DNA of 33,528 bases, taken from IMG/VR virus record IMGVR_UViG_3300042975_000104; one strand, 5' to 3'. A program made the translations under genes and the position numbers. Every line of letters begins with the position of its first letter. Positions within the stretch are counted from its first letter, which is position 1. The stretch comes from an uncultured virus (IMG/VR IMGVR_UViG_3300042975_000104) (lineage: Duplodnaviria > Heunggongvirae > Uroviricota > Caudoviricetes). The notes beneath the pieces are model-generated. The model was not told the origin of the DNA. It did not search any database and worked only from the letters and a program-made list of their open reading frames with translations. Below are positions 25,297-33,528 of this stretch, one piece after another.

Positions 25297-27283
25297 AGTC
25301 CTTCTGATAAAATTCACATTCATACCCATCAGCCCGCAGAATAAGCCCTTCAGCCCATGGCGGTGTCCGACCCATCTGTTCGCAAATAGCATCGACACTG
25401 ACATCCCTGTCACACTCAATGATCAGTTCATCATGGACATGGCCGATAATGGCACAGCACCGTAACGTCTGCATGGCATAGCAAAGAATGTCCCGACTTA
25501 TGCCCTGAACAATATTTTCCACGAACTTCGGGCCATAGCTCTCCAGCCGTTCCCATTTTCTGGTAGCGCCAACGCCTTCATAGGTGACGGATTCCCCACC
25601 GAAGCGGTTCTCGCCTATCCGGGGTTTCACATAAGAAAGCCGCCGTCCGCTGGGAAGCTGGATGAACAGCATGCCGCTCTGATAAAGGAATCGGATGCAT
25701 CCAGCCCGCATAGGGACATGCTTTTTGACGGTCGTCTTCACGGCGGCATCCACTTGCCACCAGAAATCGACGATATGCGGATTGGCAGAGCGCCAGGACT
25801 GCACCAGCGGATACAGCTCGTCTTCCGAAAGTCCCATATCCAGTGCGCCCATCGCCTTCAGCGCCCCGACAGACCCGCCATAGCCACAGGCCAATTCTGC
25901 GATTTTGCCTTTCTGCCTCAGGTGGCCATTTATCCCATGCTTCACCACGGGTACGCCAAACATCTGACTGGCTGTTGTGCAATAGATGTCCTGGCCGGCC
26001 GCAAAGGCTTCTGATTTCCAGTTTTCTCCAGCAAGCCACGAAATGACCCGTGCCTCGATGGCGGAGAAATCTGATACCACGAACTTCATGCCTTGCCGTG
26101 GCACAAAGGCGGTGCGGATGAGCTGGGACAGGACATCGGGAACAGAGTCATACAGGAGTTCCAAAGCTTCATAATTTCCCTGGCGCACCAGTCCCCTAGC
26201 CTCCGCTAAATCGGGCAGATGATTCTGGGGAAGATTTTGTAATTGAATATGCCGCCCAGCAAACCGCCCGGTCCGGTTGGCGCCATAGAACTGGAACATG
26301 CCTCTGGCCCGGCTGTCATTACAGGCCGTCAGTTCCATAGCCTGGTATTTCTTGACCGAGGATTTGGCCAACTTCTGCCGGAGAAGCAGTACACTGCGCA
26401 ACGGTTCTTCTGCAGTCTTCAGCAGTTCCTGTACCTGCTTCTTGCCCAAAGAATCAATCTTCATCCCGTGCTGTTCCAGCCAGGCAATCATCTGGATAAC
26501 GGAATTCGGATTTTCCAATCCCGTCTTTTTCTTTAACTCGTCCATCAATGATTCCCGGCACCGGGCATCTATGGCCACGGCCTGACTGACCAGCGTCCGA
26601 TCTATAGCAATGCCCCGGTCATTAATTTCCTGGTCCAGATGGTATTCGTCCCACACCTGTTCTAGGACGGGATAATTCTTCAGCCGTTTCTGAATAGCCA
26701 TTTCTACTTCCACATCCCGTTTGTTGTAAGACTTGAACAACTTCCATTTATCTGGAGCGTGATGGGGAAAGTTCCTCGTCCTGCCGCCATTCGACTTGGT
26801 TTCCTTGCAAGGGGCACAAAAATAGCGAATCAAGTCCTTGCCTTCCTTCATCTTCTGATTATCCAGATTCAAAACGGCACCGACGCCTTCCAGGGAAAGG
26901 GGCAGCCCCATGTACGCAGACCAGATCATAGAGCATTTCCAGCCTGCCGGGTTAAGGAACCGGGCGCATTCCCGGGACAGTGGATGATGGTCATAGAAAG
27001 GATCAAGGCTCATCCCCAGGCTGCTCAGATACCTCGACAGGCAGACCCGTTCAAAGCTGGCATTGAAGGCCCACTTGGTGACGGATTCATCTGTTAAGGC
27101 ATCCAGGATGTCATCCGGAATAGATTCTCCCTGAGCCAAATCAACGACCTGTACGTCGCCGCCATCCACGGCGTAACCGAACAGAAGAATCTCAAAGGCT
27201 GGAGATTCGGCATATTTGTATACGCCGCACTTAGTCAAGTTGACGTCACTGAACGTTTCAATATCAATGCTGATGGTTTTCAT
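25295..27283 (-). CDS. Phage DNA polymerase, family A
   Basis: SIDIETFS, AFNASFER (3'-5' exonuclease); RTGRFAG, QLQNLP, SDFSAIEAR, RQKGKIAELACGYGG, HVHDE; start MKTI at 27283. Confidence 0.93.
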   Translation of the reverse strand: MKTISIDIETFSDVNLTKCGVYKYAESPAFEILLFGYAVDGGDVQVVDLAQGESIPDDILDALTDESVTKWAFNASFERVCLSRYLSSLGMSLDPFYDHHPLSRECARFLNPAGWKCSMIWSAYMGLPLSLEGVGAVLNLDNQKMKEGKDLIRYFCAPCKETKSNGGRTRNFPHHAPDKWKLFKSYNKRDVEVEMAIQKRLKNYPVLEQVWDEYHLDQEINDRGIAIDRTLVSQAVAIDARCRESLMDELKKKTGLENPNSVIQMIAWLEQHGMKIDSLGKKQVQELLKTAEEPLRSVLLLRQKLAKSSVKKYQAMELTACNDSRARGMFQFYGANRTGRFAGRHIQLQNLPQNHLPDLAEARGLVRQGNYEALELLYDSVPDVLSQLIRTAFVPRQGMKFVVSDFSAIEARVISWLAGENWKSEAFAAGQDIYCTTASQMFGVPVVKHGINGHLRQKGKIAELACGYGGSVGALKAMGALDMGLSEDELYPLVQSWRSANPHIVDFWWQVDAAVKTTVKKHVPMRAGCIRFLYQSGMLFIQLPSGRRLSYVKPRIGENRFGGESVTYEGVGATRKWERLESYGPKFVENIVQGISRDILCYAMQTLRCCAIIGHVHDELIIECDRDVSVDAICEQMGRTPPWAEGLILRADGYECEFYQKD

Positions 27284-27349
27284 ATGTTTCACCTCAAGAA
27301 AAGCGGCGAGACACAAGGTCCCGCCACCCTAATACATTCACATTGTTCT

Positions 27350-27916
27350 TTATGCCAGGAAATCATCATCGTCAATTATAGCGAAATCGTCTTTTGCTCG
27401 GGGTCTGCCACCCAGAGGTTCACCGTCACGAACTTTCTGCAGGTTGTTCAGGCCACAAGCAATGCCTTTGTTGCCATTGCGATTAAAGGCATAGAAGTTG
27501 ATAGAAGCACAGCCGTAGACGCCAGAATAGACTTCAGAGCGTTCAAAGATGGGTTTGCATTTAGTATCAACGATATCAGGCTTTGTGGTAGAATTGGCAT
27601 TGATGAAGAAGCTATCTTTATAAGCATCATCACCAGGGCGTTCCAAGTCGCCGTCACGGAGTGGGGTCTTGATAGCTTCGAGAGCCGGTACCACCCGACC
27701 ATTACCTTTGAGTTTGCCCTGGCCTTCATCATAGGCAGCCTTGATAGCAGCTCGGACGCTTTCGACCGTTTCCGTATCGGACTTCGGAATGATGAGAGAT
27801 ACACTATACTTCGGCGTACCACCATTGATAGACTTCGGGTCCCAAACATTTGCATAAGACCAGCGGGTATTGACTCCTGTGATTACCTTACAAGGATTAG
27901 TAAATTTTTTTGTCAT
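27350..27916 (-). CDS. DUF2815 single-stranded DNA-binding protein (gp2.5-like)
   Basis: RWSYANVW, KYSVSLIIPK, PLRDGD, GLNNLQKVRDGEPLGG, acidic tail DDDDFLA. Confidence 0.88.
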   Translation of the reverse strand: MTKKFTNPCKVITGVNTRWSYANVWDPKSINGGTPKYSVSLIIPKSDTETVESVRAAIKAAYDEGQGKLKGNGRVVPALEAIKTPLRDGDLERPGDDAYKDSFFINANSTTKPDIVDTKCKPIFERSEVYSGVYGCASINFYAFNRNGNKGIACGLNNLQKVRDGEPLGGRPRAKDDFAIIDDDDFLA

Positions 27917-27928
27917 GATAAATTCCTC

Positions 27929-29056
27929 CTAATTTTCAATATTGAAATCGTCTGCCGCGGTGTGCATGGCCGGGCGTTTATCCGATTCCGGTACCAAGAC
28001 TGGCTTGCCCTGCGGCTTTTCAACTAAATTTGACAACAATTCTTCGAACCGCTTCTTGCCAAGTTGTTTCGTCATCGCCGTAATGCCGAGCAGCTTTTTT
28101 TCATACGGGTCGAAGCCTGCTTCTTCTACTTTGGCGGCAACGGCGTCTTCGCTGACGTACCGACGGTTAGACCGGCCTTCGACCAATTTCCAACCGGCCC
28201 ACTGCTTGCCGGACAGGGCCTGCTGTAAAGCGTATTCTTTGACATCCCCGGCCCAGTTCACCAAGTCATCGGCCTTGGCCAGGACGGCTTCGATTTCTTC
28301 ATCCTGAAGCGTGGACGGGACGGCGAAATCATACCGGGCCAGTTCCAGGTTATATTCAGCCCGCTTGCGGCATGTCGCCTTGATTTTGCAGAAACGGCAA
28401 TGGTCGCCAGCCTTGTACTCCCCTTCGCCTTTGGCCGCCAGTTCCGCGGCGGGCTTCAACACCGTTTCGGCCCACTGGAGCAGCTTTTCTTTGCTCATGG
28501 TGCAGGTACTGACGTTGTCCCGGCGGGGCTGGAAGATGGTCATAGACACCTGGTGGATATCATAGATGCCATCGAACAAGTTCAGTGCGCCAAGGGCATA
28601 GCACATCATTTGTGGATTCTTCTCTGCATCCACCAGGACTCCCAGGCCGTTCTTGTAATCGATGACCGTCAGGGTATCGTCGGCCACGATGAGGCAGTCG
28701 CCTGTTCCGAACCCGCCAGGAACCCACTTGGAAAAGTCCAGCTGCTGTTCAATCATAATCAGCGGGTCCTTGCAGGATGCTTTGGCCGCTGCCAGACATT
28801 CCATAACGAACTGCGCATATTCATCGGTGCATTCCGCCATCTCCTCATCGAAGTACGTCAGGGATTTCGTCGGATCTTCCAGCTTCTGCCCTATGGCCGT
28901 CTTCACTTTGAATTCGCAGAGCGTATGGGCATCTGTTCCCTGGCGGGCGAATTCGCTGGAGGTATCCGGCAGCTTGGCACATTCCTTCGCAGACGGCGGG
29001 CAGGCCAGCCAACGATAACAGGAAGATGCGGACAGCACCGCGTGTTTATCCGGCAT
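27929..29056 (-). CDS. DUF2800 PD-(D/E)xK (Cas4-like) nuclease
   Basis: HAVLSASS..RWLACPPS, GTDAH, GFGTGDC, IDYK, NPQMMCYALG, HCRFC...C; start MPDKH at 29056. Confidence 0.88.
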   Translation of the reverse strand: MPDKHAVLSASSCYRWLACPPSAKECAKLPDTSSEFARQGTDAHTLCEFKVKTAIGQKLEDPTKSLTYFDEEMAECTDEYAQFVMECLAAAKASCKDPLIMIEQQLDFSKWVPGGFGTGDCLIVADDTLTVIDYKNGLGVLVDAEKNPQMMCYALGALNLFDGIYDIHQVSMTIFQPRRDNVSTCTMSKEKLLQWAETVLKPAAELAAKGEGEYKAGDHCRFCKIKATCRKRAEYNLELARYDFAVPSTLQDEEIEAVLAKADDLVNWAGDVKEYALQQALSGKQWAGWKLVEGRSNRRYVSEDAVAAKVEEAGFDPYEKKLLGITAMTKQLGKKRFEELLSNLVEKPQGKPVLVPESDKRPAMHTAADDFNIEN

Positions 29057-29357
29057 GGCCAATCACCTCTAGTTCCTTCAGGAATGCTTCGTACTGCGCC
29101 GCATCAATGCCGGACAGCTTGTCCGCCCCGTACTTCTGGATGAGGCTGCGGACTTCTTCTGTGAATCCCTTGCGAGCCTTGTCGGCGGCGACTTTGCGGA
29201 CATCTTTCAGTGTCAGCGGCTGTTTGGCATATTCTTTCTTTTCCGATTCAGCCGGCTGTTCGTCCTGCGGTGCCTGCATTGATGACGCAATGCGGAGTAG
29301 CGCCTTTCCACAGTTTTCCAATTCTGATGCCAGTTCAGTAATTTTTTCGTTTGTCAT
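29046..29357 (-). CDS. Conserved phage hypothetical protein
   Basis: LTLKDVRKV...KARKGFTEEVRSLIQKYGADKLSGID pattern usual upstream of DUF2800. Confidence 0.8.
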   Translation of the reverse strand: MTNEKITELASELENCGKALLRIASSMQAPQDEQPAESEKKEYAKQPLTLKDVRKVAADKARKGFTEEVRSLIQKYGADKLSGIDAAQYEAFLKELEVIGHAG

Positions 29358-29508
29358 ATGCTTTGACTCCTTTCGATTTTCTCTGTGCTCTCAGTATCAT
29401 AAGATGTCTTGCGGCCTGCTCTGCGGTGCCGCTGATTTCCATCAGAACCTCTGCCAGTTCTCTGTCTAGGTCACTGCATCGGCAGCTTTGTGTTTGTCTG
29501 TTGTCCAT
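29335..29508 (-). CDS. Small hypothetical protein (57 aa)
   Basis: Start MDNRQ at 29508 with RBS AAAGGAGG; first gene after the sigma-type promoter. Confidence 0.7.
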   Translation of the reverse strand: MDNRQTQSCRCSDLDRELAEVLMEISGTAEQAARHLMILRAQRKSKGVKAYDKRKNY

Positions 29509-29549
29509 CGGTTTATCCTCCTTTCCTAGGACTTCTTTTCTTTTGCCCT

Positions 29550-29589
29550 TCACTAGTAACAGGACAAAACAGTGTTGATTAAGTACCAT
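29550..29589 (-). promoter_or_regulatory. Putative phage-sigma promoter, copy 1
   Basis: Minus strand ATGGTACTTAA...TGTCCTGTTACT(A)GTGA directly downstream of the sigma-like gene. Confidence 0.7.
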
Positions 29590-29630
29590 TTTTTTAAATT
29601 TATCCATAAAATTTTTTGGCCAGACTTAGC

Positions 29631-30212
29631 TCAGTAGTTACGGTAATCCTTAAGATGATTCCGGAGGAACTCGTAAATTTTTTTCTTGCGATTGTTCACG
29701 GTCTTCTGTGACCGTCCAACTTTTTTGCCAATAGCAGCTTCGCTGTATCCATCAAGTATCAAATCAACGATTTGCCGATTAACACCTTGCAATAAAGATA
29801 ATGCCTGATGTAAATCATTTATAAATTCCTCTTTTACAACAATTTCTTCTGGGGAATCTTCTCCATACTCATCTGTGAATCCATATTCCATCTCGGCGAG
29901 TTGTTCGTATGAAACCGGCGTATCCCATCCTTGGACAGATTTGTCGCCTCGGTGTTCTTCTTGAGCTTTTTCTCGTTTCTTTCTTTTTTCAGCTAGCCGC
30001 TGCTGTCGTTTATCTTCCTTCCACTCTGGCTGCATATATGCCCCATACTGTTCCTTGGTAGCCGGGATGAGGATAGTGCGAACCATCCGATTGCCAATTT
30101 TCGACCACTGCCGTGGCGCATTTTCATATTCTGGCGTAATGATGGTATCCTTCTTCACTTCCATGGGGATATAATACTTCTGTTTGTCTTCGTTTTTTCG
30201 TTGATTGGCCAT
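29631..30212 (-). CDS. Sigma-70 region-4 / ECF-like phage regulator
   Basis: SPEEIVV...LHQALSLL...GYSEAAIGKKVGRSQKTVNNRKKKI HTH; start MANQ at 30212 with RBS GAAGGAG. Confidence 0.78.
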   Translation of the reverse strand: MANQRKNEDKQKYYIPMEVKKDTIITPEYENAPRQWSKIGNRMVRTILIPATKEQYGAYMQPEWKEDKRQQRLAEKRKKREKAQEEHRGDKSVQGWDTPVSYEQLAEMEYGFTDEYGEDSPEEIVVKEEFINDLHQALSLLQGVNRQIVDLILDGYSEAAIGKKVGRSQKTVNNRKKKIYEFLRNHLKDYRNY

Positions 30213-30511
30213 GCGCGTGCTCCTTCGCATAATGCGAAGCAAAGACGCACATAGGCTGCCTGTCGTAACCGACCATGAGATGCATCCTCGCTTCCATGGC
30301 CAGCCACCCCAGTAGGCTGACGTGGTTAACTTTTCAGACCGTCTCTCGGCTCTGGGCACACCCGCGTCCGGGAGTGAACGTTGAGACAGGTTCTCTTTGC
30401 CCCAAAATATTAGTAATCTTCAATATATTTTCAGGAGCCAAAAGAAATGATAAAATGAAGTTAACTTACATCCCTACTATACAAAACGCCCCTCTCTCAA
30501 ATTAGATGTTT

Positions 30512-30537
30512 TAGGAAACCGTAGGAAAAATAGGAAA
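30512..30537. promoter_or_regulatory. Three tandem TAGGAAA repeats (operator-like)
   Basis: TAGGAAA at 30512, 30522 and 30531 in the divergent intergenic region. Confidence 0.5.
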
Positions 30538-30552
30538 ACAAGGAGACCTACC

Positions 30553-31701
30553 ATGCTGTTCAAAGAGGTCATACACGCTATTCGCCCTCATCTCATGAAA
30601 GATGCAGACGTTCCTGGTTTCATGCGTAATCTTATCCAGATGCTCTGCGACATTCCTGAAGATGAATGGTATACAAAAAGAGACCCTTCCTCAGAAGAAA
30701 GCTATAAGGATGGATCTCTCAGAAAATTCTATACAAATAAACTCAGCAAAAAATTAGCGGAAAAAATATTATCACGTTTAACTCGCGATAATTTTTTAGA
30801 ATCTATTTATGATTCAAATCGTTCAGATGTTGTGTTAGACGGTTTAGCCGAAGATATAACACCATTTGCCAATGGCGTAACCAAAAATAATGTTGGTGAA
30901 AAGTTATTTGATTTGCTAAAACGAGGACTCGAAGAGCTTATTGATCCGGCGTTGGAAAACACACGACATCAACAAGAAGCGCAACATAAATCAAATCAAT
31001 TAAAAGGACGATATGGTAGTGGTTTATTGGATGATTGTAACAACACTTGCTCTATGCCAGGCTGTTCGCATCATCTTCAAAAACTTGCTGATGACGGAAC
31101 AAGTACTCCTGATTATGAAATTCTTATCATCAATGAAAAGAAATCACCTTCTTTTTCCAATATTTGTGCTGTCTGCCATGATTGTTTTGAAAAATATATA
31201 TTGAAGCATACAGCGAGCGAACGTAAAGAACTTGAAGCAGTAAAAAAACTACAGACTGACGCCAGAAATGCAAGAAGCACAATATCAGAAGTACATATTG
31301 ATAAAGGAATTAAAATGGTTGTCGAAAGCCTGGTCAACTTAAAACCTAGCACTTTGACTTCATTGAATTACGAGCCGACATTCATCGCAAATAAAATTGA
31401 TGAAAATGAAAATCTTCTTCTGGCGGAAACTGTAAAAAATTATGTTACAAAATATTATTTCTACATCAATCAAATTATGCAGAACCTATCACGCCAGAAA
31501 CAATATTCAGATGAATTAATACGTATTGAAATAAAGACTATTTGCCAACGTCTGGAAGATAAAGGTTTTTCACAAGTTGAAATATATGAAAGTATATCCA
31601 AACAAATCCATCGTATAACAAAACAGAATATGATTTATTGTAATATTGTTGTCTGTTATTTTATTCAATCCTGTGAGGTATTTCATGATATTACCAAATA
31701 A
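30553..31701 (+). CDS. ABC-three-component/Lamassu effector (LmuA-like) with HNH-like zinc-finger region
   Basis: CSMPGC...NICAVCHDC; C-terminal IVVCYFIQSCEVF typical of ABC-3C effector C-terminal domains; AT-rich; first gene of a coupled triplet. Confidence 0.75.
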   Translation: MLFKEVIHAIRPHLMKDADVPGFMRNLIQMLCDIPEDEWYTKRDPSSEESYKDGSLRKFYTNKLSKKLAEKILSRLTRDNFLESIYDSNRSDVVLDGLAEDITPFANGVTKNNVGEKLFDLLKRGLEELIDPALENTRHQQEAQHKSNQLKGRYGSGLLDDCNNTCSMPGCSHHLQKLADDGTSTPDYEILIINEKKSPSFSNICAVCHDCFEKYILKHTASERKELEAVKKLQTDARNARSTISEVHIDKGIKMVVESLVNLKPSTLTSLNYEPTFIANKIDENENLLLAETVKNYVTKYYFYINQIMQNLSRQKQYSDELIRIEIKTICQRLEDKGFSQVEIYESISKQIHRITKQNMIYCNIVVCYFIQSCEVFHDITK

Positions 31702-31900
31702 ATTATTTTCATATAATGACAGTATCTTGTCTAAGCTACCTTGCGTTCTATACAATCTGAATACCCCTAAGACCCCTGTTGAACTTTTACACCTATGCAG
31801 AAATATCAAGGGGCCTGTTGAACTCATTGATGTCCTTGATTGTCTATATGCCCTCAAAAAAATTACATTAAATGACAAGGGAGAAATCGAAAAATGCTGA
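31685..31900 (+). CDS. ABC-three-component middle component (LmuC-like, 71 aa)
   Basis: MILPNKLFSYNDSILSKL...LDCLYALKKI; overlaps both neighbours. Confidence 0.78.
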   Translation: MILPNKLFSYNDSILSKLPCVLYNLNTPKTPVELLHLCRNIKGPVELIDVLDCLYALKKITLNDKGEIEKC

Positions 31901-33528
31901 TAGAGATATCCTGTTCTAAATTTAAAACGCCAAAGCATCCAACAGAAGTAATAAGTTTCCACCCAGGCTTAAATGTCGTATTAGGAAACAAAAATGGAGC
32001 GAATTCTATTGGAAAATCCACCATGCTTATGATAATTGATTTCGCATTTGGTGGTTCGTCCTATGTAAAAAGCGATGCTGTGATTGAATTGGGAAACCAT
32101 GAAATATTTTTCACCTTTCGTTTTTCAAATCAAGATTACAGATTTTCGCGAGATACAGCAAATCCTGATGTAATTCGTAAACATCTGTCAAAAGATATCT
32201 TCAAAGAGATACGCCTGCCTGAATACACCCAATGGCTTTGTCATCAATACAAAATGGATTATCCCGGAGTTTCATTTAGGAATACAATCAGCCGCTTTTT
32301 CCGTATCTATAAGAAAAGCAAAATCGATGAAATGCAGCCATTAAAAATCAGAGAGTCAGAAAACAATACGGCTGCAATCAATGTCTTGCTCTGTCTTTTC
32401 AACCACCATAATGAGATTTCATATTTCCAGAACCAGTTAAAATCCGCTAAAGACAAGCACTCCGCCTTTCGTACAGCACAGAAATACAACTTTATCGCCT
32501 CTGCTATTACACGACAAAAAGAGTATGAGGAGGCACAATCAAAGTTAGCCGAATTACGTCAAGAAAAAGAAGACCTGGCCTTTTCCAATAATTCCTCTGT
32601 TGATAGGAAAGAAGTGAAAAAGGCCAATCAAATAAACGAATTGAAACGATATCTTCGTGATGCCAGAAAAAAGCTTGAGCAGAAGAAAAATGACATTCAT
32701 CTCGTTGATTTAAATCTTCAACTTGGGGTTCAACCAACGGAAGCAGATTTGAATAATCTCTTGACCTTCTTCCCCCATGCCAATATTGAAAAACTAGCTA
32801 AAATTGAAAAATTCCACCACAAGATACAATCTATACTCAAAGATGAATTGCTTGAAACAAAGAGAAGAATGGAACAAGAGCTACTACCTCTCCAAAACCA
32901 AGTGGATAAAATCCAAAATTATATCGAACAACTAAAACCATCGATGGCATTTAGTGACGAATTTCTTACCGCTTATACTAAGCTCGATCATAAGATAACT
33001 ACTTTAGAAAATGAATGCGATAATTTTATCAATCTGCAAAATTTAAATGAAATCGAAAAGCAAGCAAAGAAAGCACTTGAAGAACGAACCACGTTGCTTT
33101 TGCATCAGATGGAAAAAAGTATTAATGCTGAAATGGAGAAAATCAGCGACTTCATATCTCAGGGTGAAGACAACGCGCCCATTCTCAGATTGCTAAAAAG
33201 CAACAGCTATACCTTTGAAACACCGAGAGATTCAGGCACCGCCACTAATTACAAGGGAATGCTTATTTATGATTTAAGTATTTTAGAATTAACACCCTTG
33301 CCGGCTCTTGCTCACGATTCATTACTATTCCCGAACATTTCCGATGAAAAATTACGACAACTATTACGACTGTATGCATCCATCGAAGAAAAGCAAGTCT
33401 TCATAGCATTTGACCGACAAGATAATTTAGGGCCAGATATTTCTTCCTTGCTTAACAAACATGCAGTTATAAAGTTAGGGCCAAACGATGAAGCTCTGTT
33501 TGGCATTCAATGGGGAAAGAAAAAGTAA
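31894..33528 (+). CDS. SMC/Rad50-like ABC ATPase, DUF2326 family (LmuB-like)
   Basis: GLNVVLG...NSIGKST Walker A, central coiled coil, DSGTATNYKG signature-like, LAHDS Walker-B variant, QVFIAFD; ends with TAA at window end. Confidence 0.85.
   Translation: MLIEISCSKFKTPKHPTEVISFHPGLNVVLGNKNGANSIGKSTMLMIIDFAFGGSSYVKSDAVIELGNHEIFFTFRFSNQDYRFSRDTANPDVIRKHLSKDIFKEIRLPEYTQWLCHQYKMDYPGVSFRNTISRFFRIYKKSKIDEMQPLKIRESENNTAAINVLLCLFNHHNEISYFQNQLKSAKDKHSAFRTAQKYNFIASAITRQKEYEEAQSKLAELRQEKEDLAFSNNSSVDRKEVKKANQINELKRYLRDARKKLEQKKNDIHLVDLNLQLGVQPTEADLNNLLTFFPHANIEKLAKIEKFHHKIQSILKDELLETKRRMEQELLPLQNQVDKIQNYIEQLKPSMAFSDEFLTAYTKLDHKITTLENECDNFINLQNLNEIEKQAKKALEERTTLLLHQMEKSINAEMEKISDFISQGEDNAPILRLLKSNSYTFETPRDSGTATNYKGMLIYDLSILELTPLPALAHDSLLFPNISDEKLRQLLRLYASIEEKQVFIAFDRQDNLGPDISSLLNKHAVIKLGPNDEALFGIQWGKKK

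Larger units (their letters stand above)
1..30400 (-). mobile_element. Prophage (HK97-type head, contractile tail); continues beyond left edge of window
   Basis: Co-oriented replication, packaging, head and tail genes in canonical order. Boundaries and att sites are not visible; the right limit is approximate. Confidence 0.95.

Noticed and set aside
27929..29056. Cas4-like nuclease as evidence of CRISPR-Cas
   Set aside because: Sits in the standard DUF2800-DUF2815-polymerase phage replication module with no other cas genes.
1645..29469. Many long plus-strand ORFs antisense to phage genes (e.g. 2153-2827, 12457-13209, 13254-13985, 19452-20204, 23842-24513, 27284-28027, 28400-29143)
   Set aside because: Shadow frames of GC-rich coding sequence; no protein motifs, and they overlap confidently assigned minus-strand genes.
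30213..30359. ORF-track N-terminal extension of the sigma-like gene; also considered a hammerhead ribozyme here
   Set aside because: RBS supports ATG 30212. CTGAAAAG does not match the CUGAnGA core and no properly placed GAAA stem junction was found.
31894..33528. ATPase as housekeeping SMC/SbcC/RecN or Wadjet JetC
   Set aside because: Too short for SMC or JetC, no SbcD or JetABD partners, and the AHDS motif and triplet organisation match ABC-3C/Lamassu.

Overview
Most of this window (1 to about 30400) is the central part of a temperate Firmicutes prophage, read on the minus strand. Protein families suggest a Negativicutes-like host, which is an inference. In transcription order (right to left) the modules are: (1) a sigma-70 region-4/ECF-like regulator with a long structured leader; (2) replication genes (DUF2800 nuclease, DUF2815 SSB, family A DNA polymerase, Rha, P4/D5 primase-helicase, VRR-NUC, SNF2 helicase); (3) a late activator, HNH nuclease and candidate cos; (4) an accessory block with a ParB-methylase, amidoligase, GGCT-DUF4314 fusion and three small genes, each carried in a repeated ~108-bp promoter/leader cassette; (5) TerS, and TerL interrupted by a Gln1 class-3 intein; (6) an HK97-type head; (7) a contractile tail (sheath, tube, frameshifted chaperone, start of tape measure). 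Four AT-rich morons are inserted in the backbone. The right end (30553-33528, plus strand) is an AT-rich three-gene ABC-three-component/Lamassu-type defence operon whose effector has an unusual architecture. No integrase, lysis genes, tRNA, rRNA or CRISPR array were seen. All family assignments come from motif recognition by eye; no database search was run.
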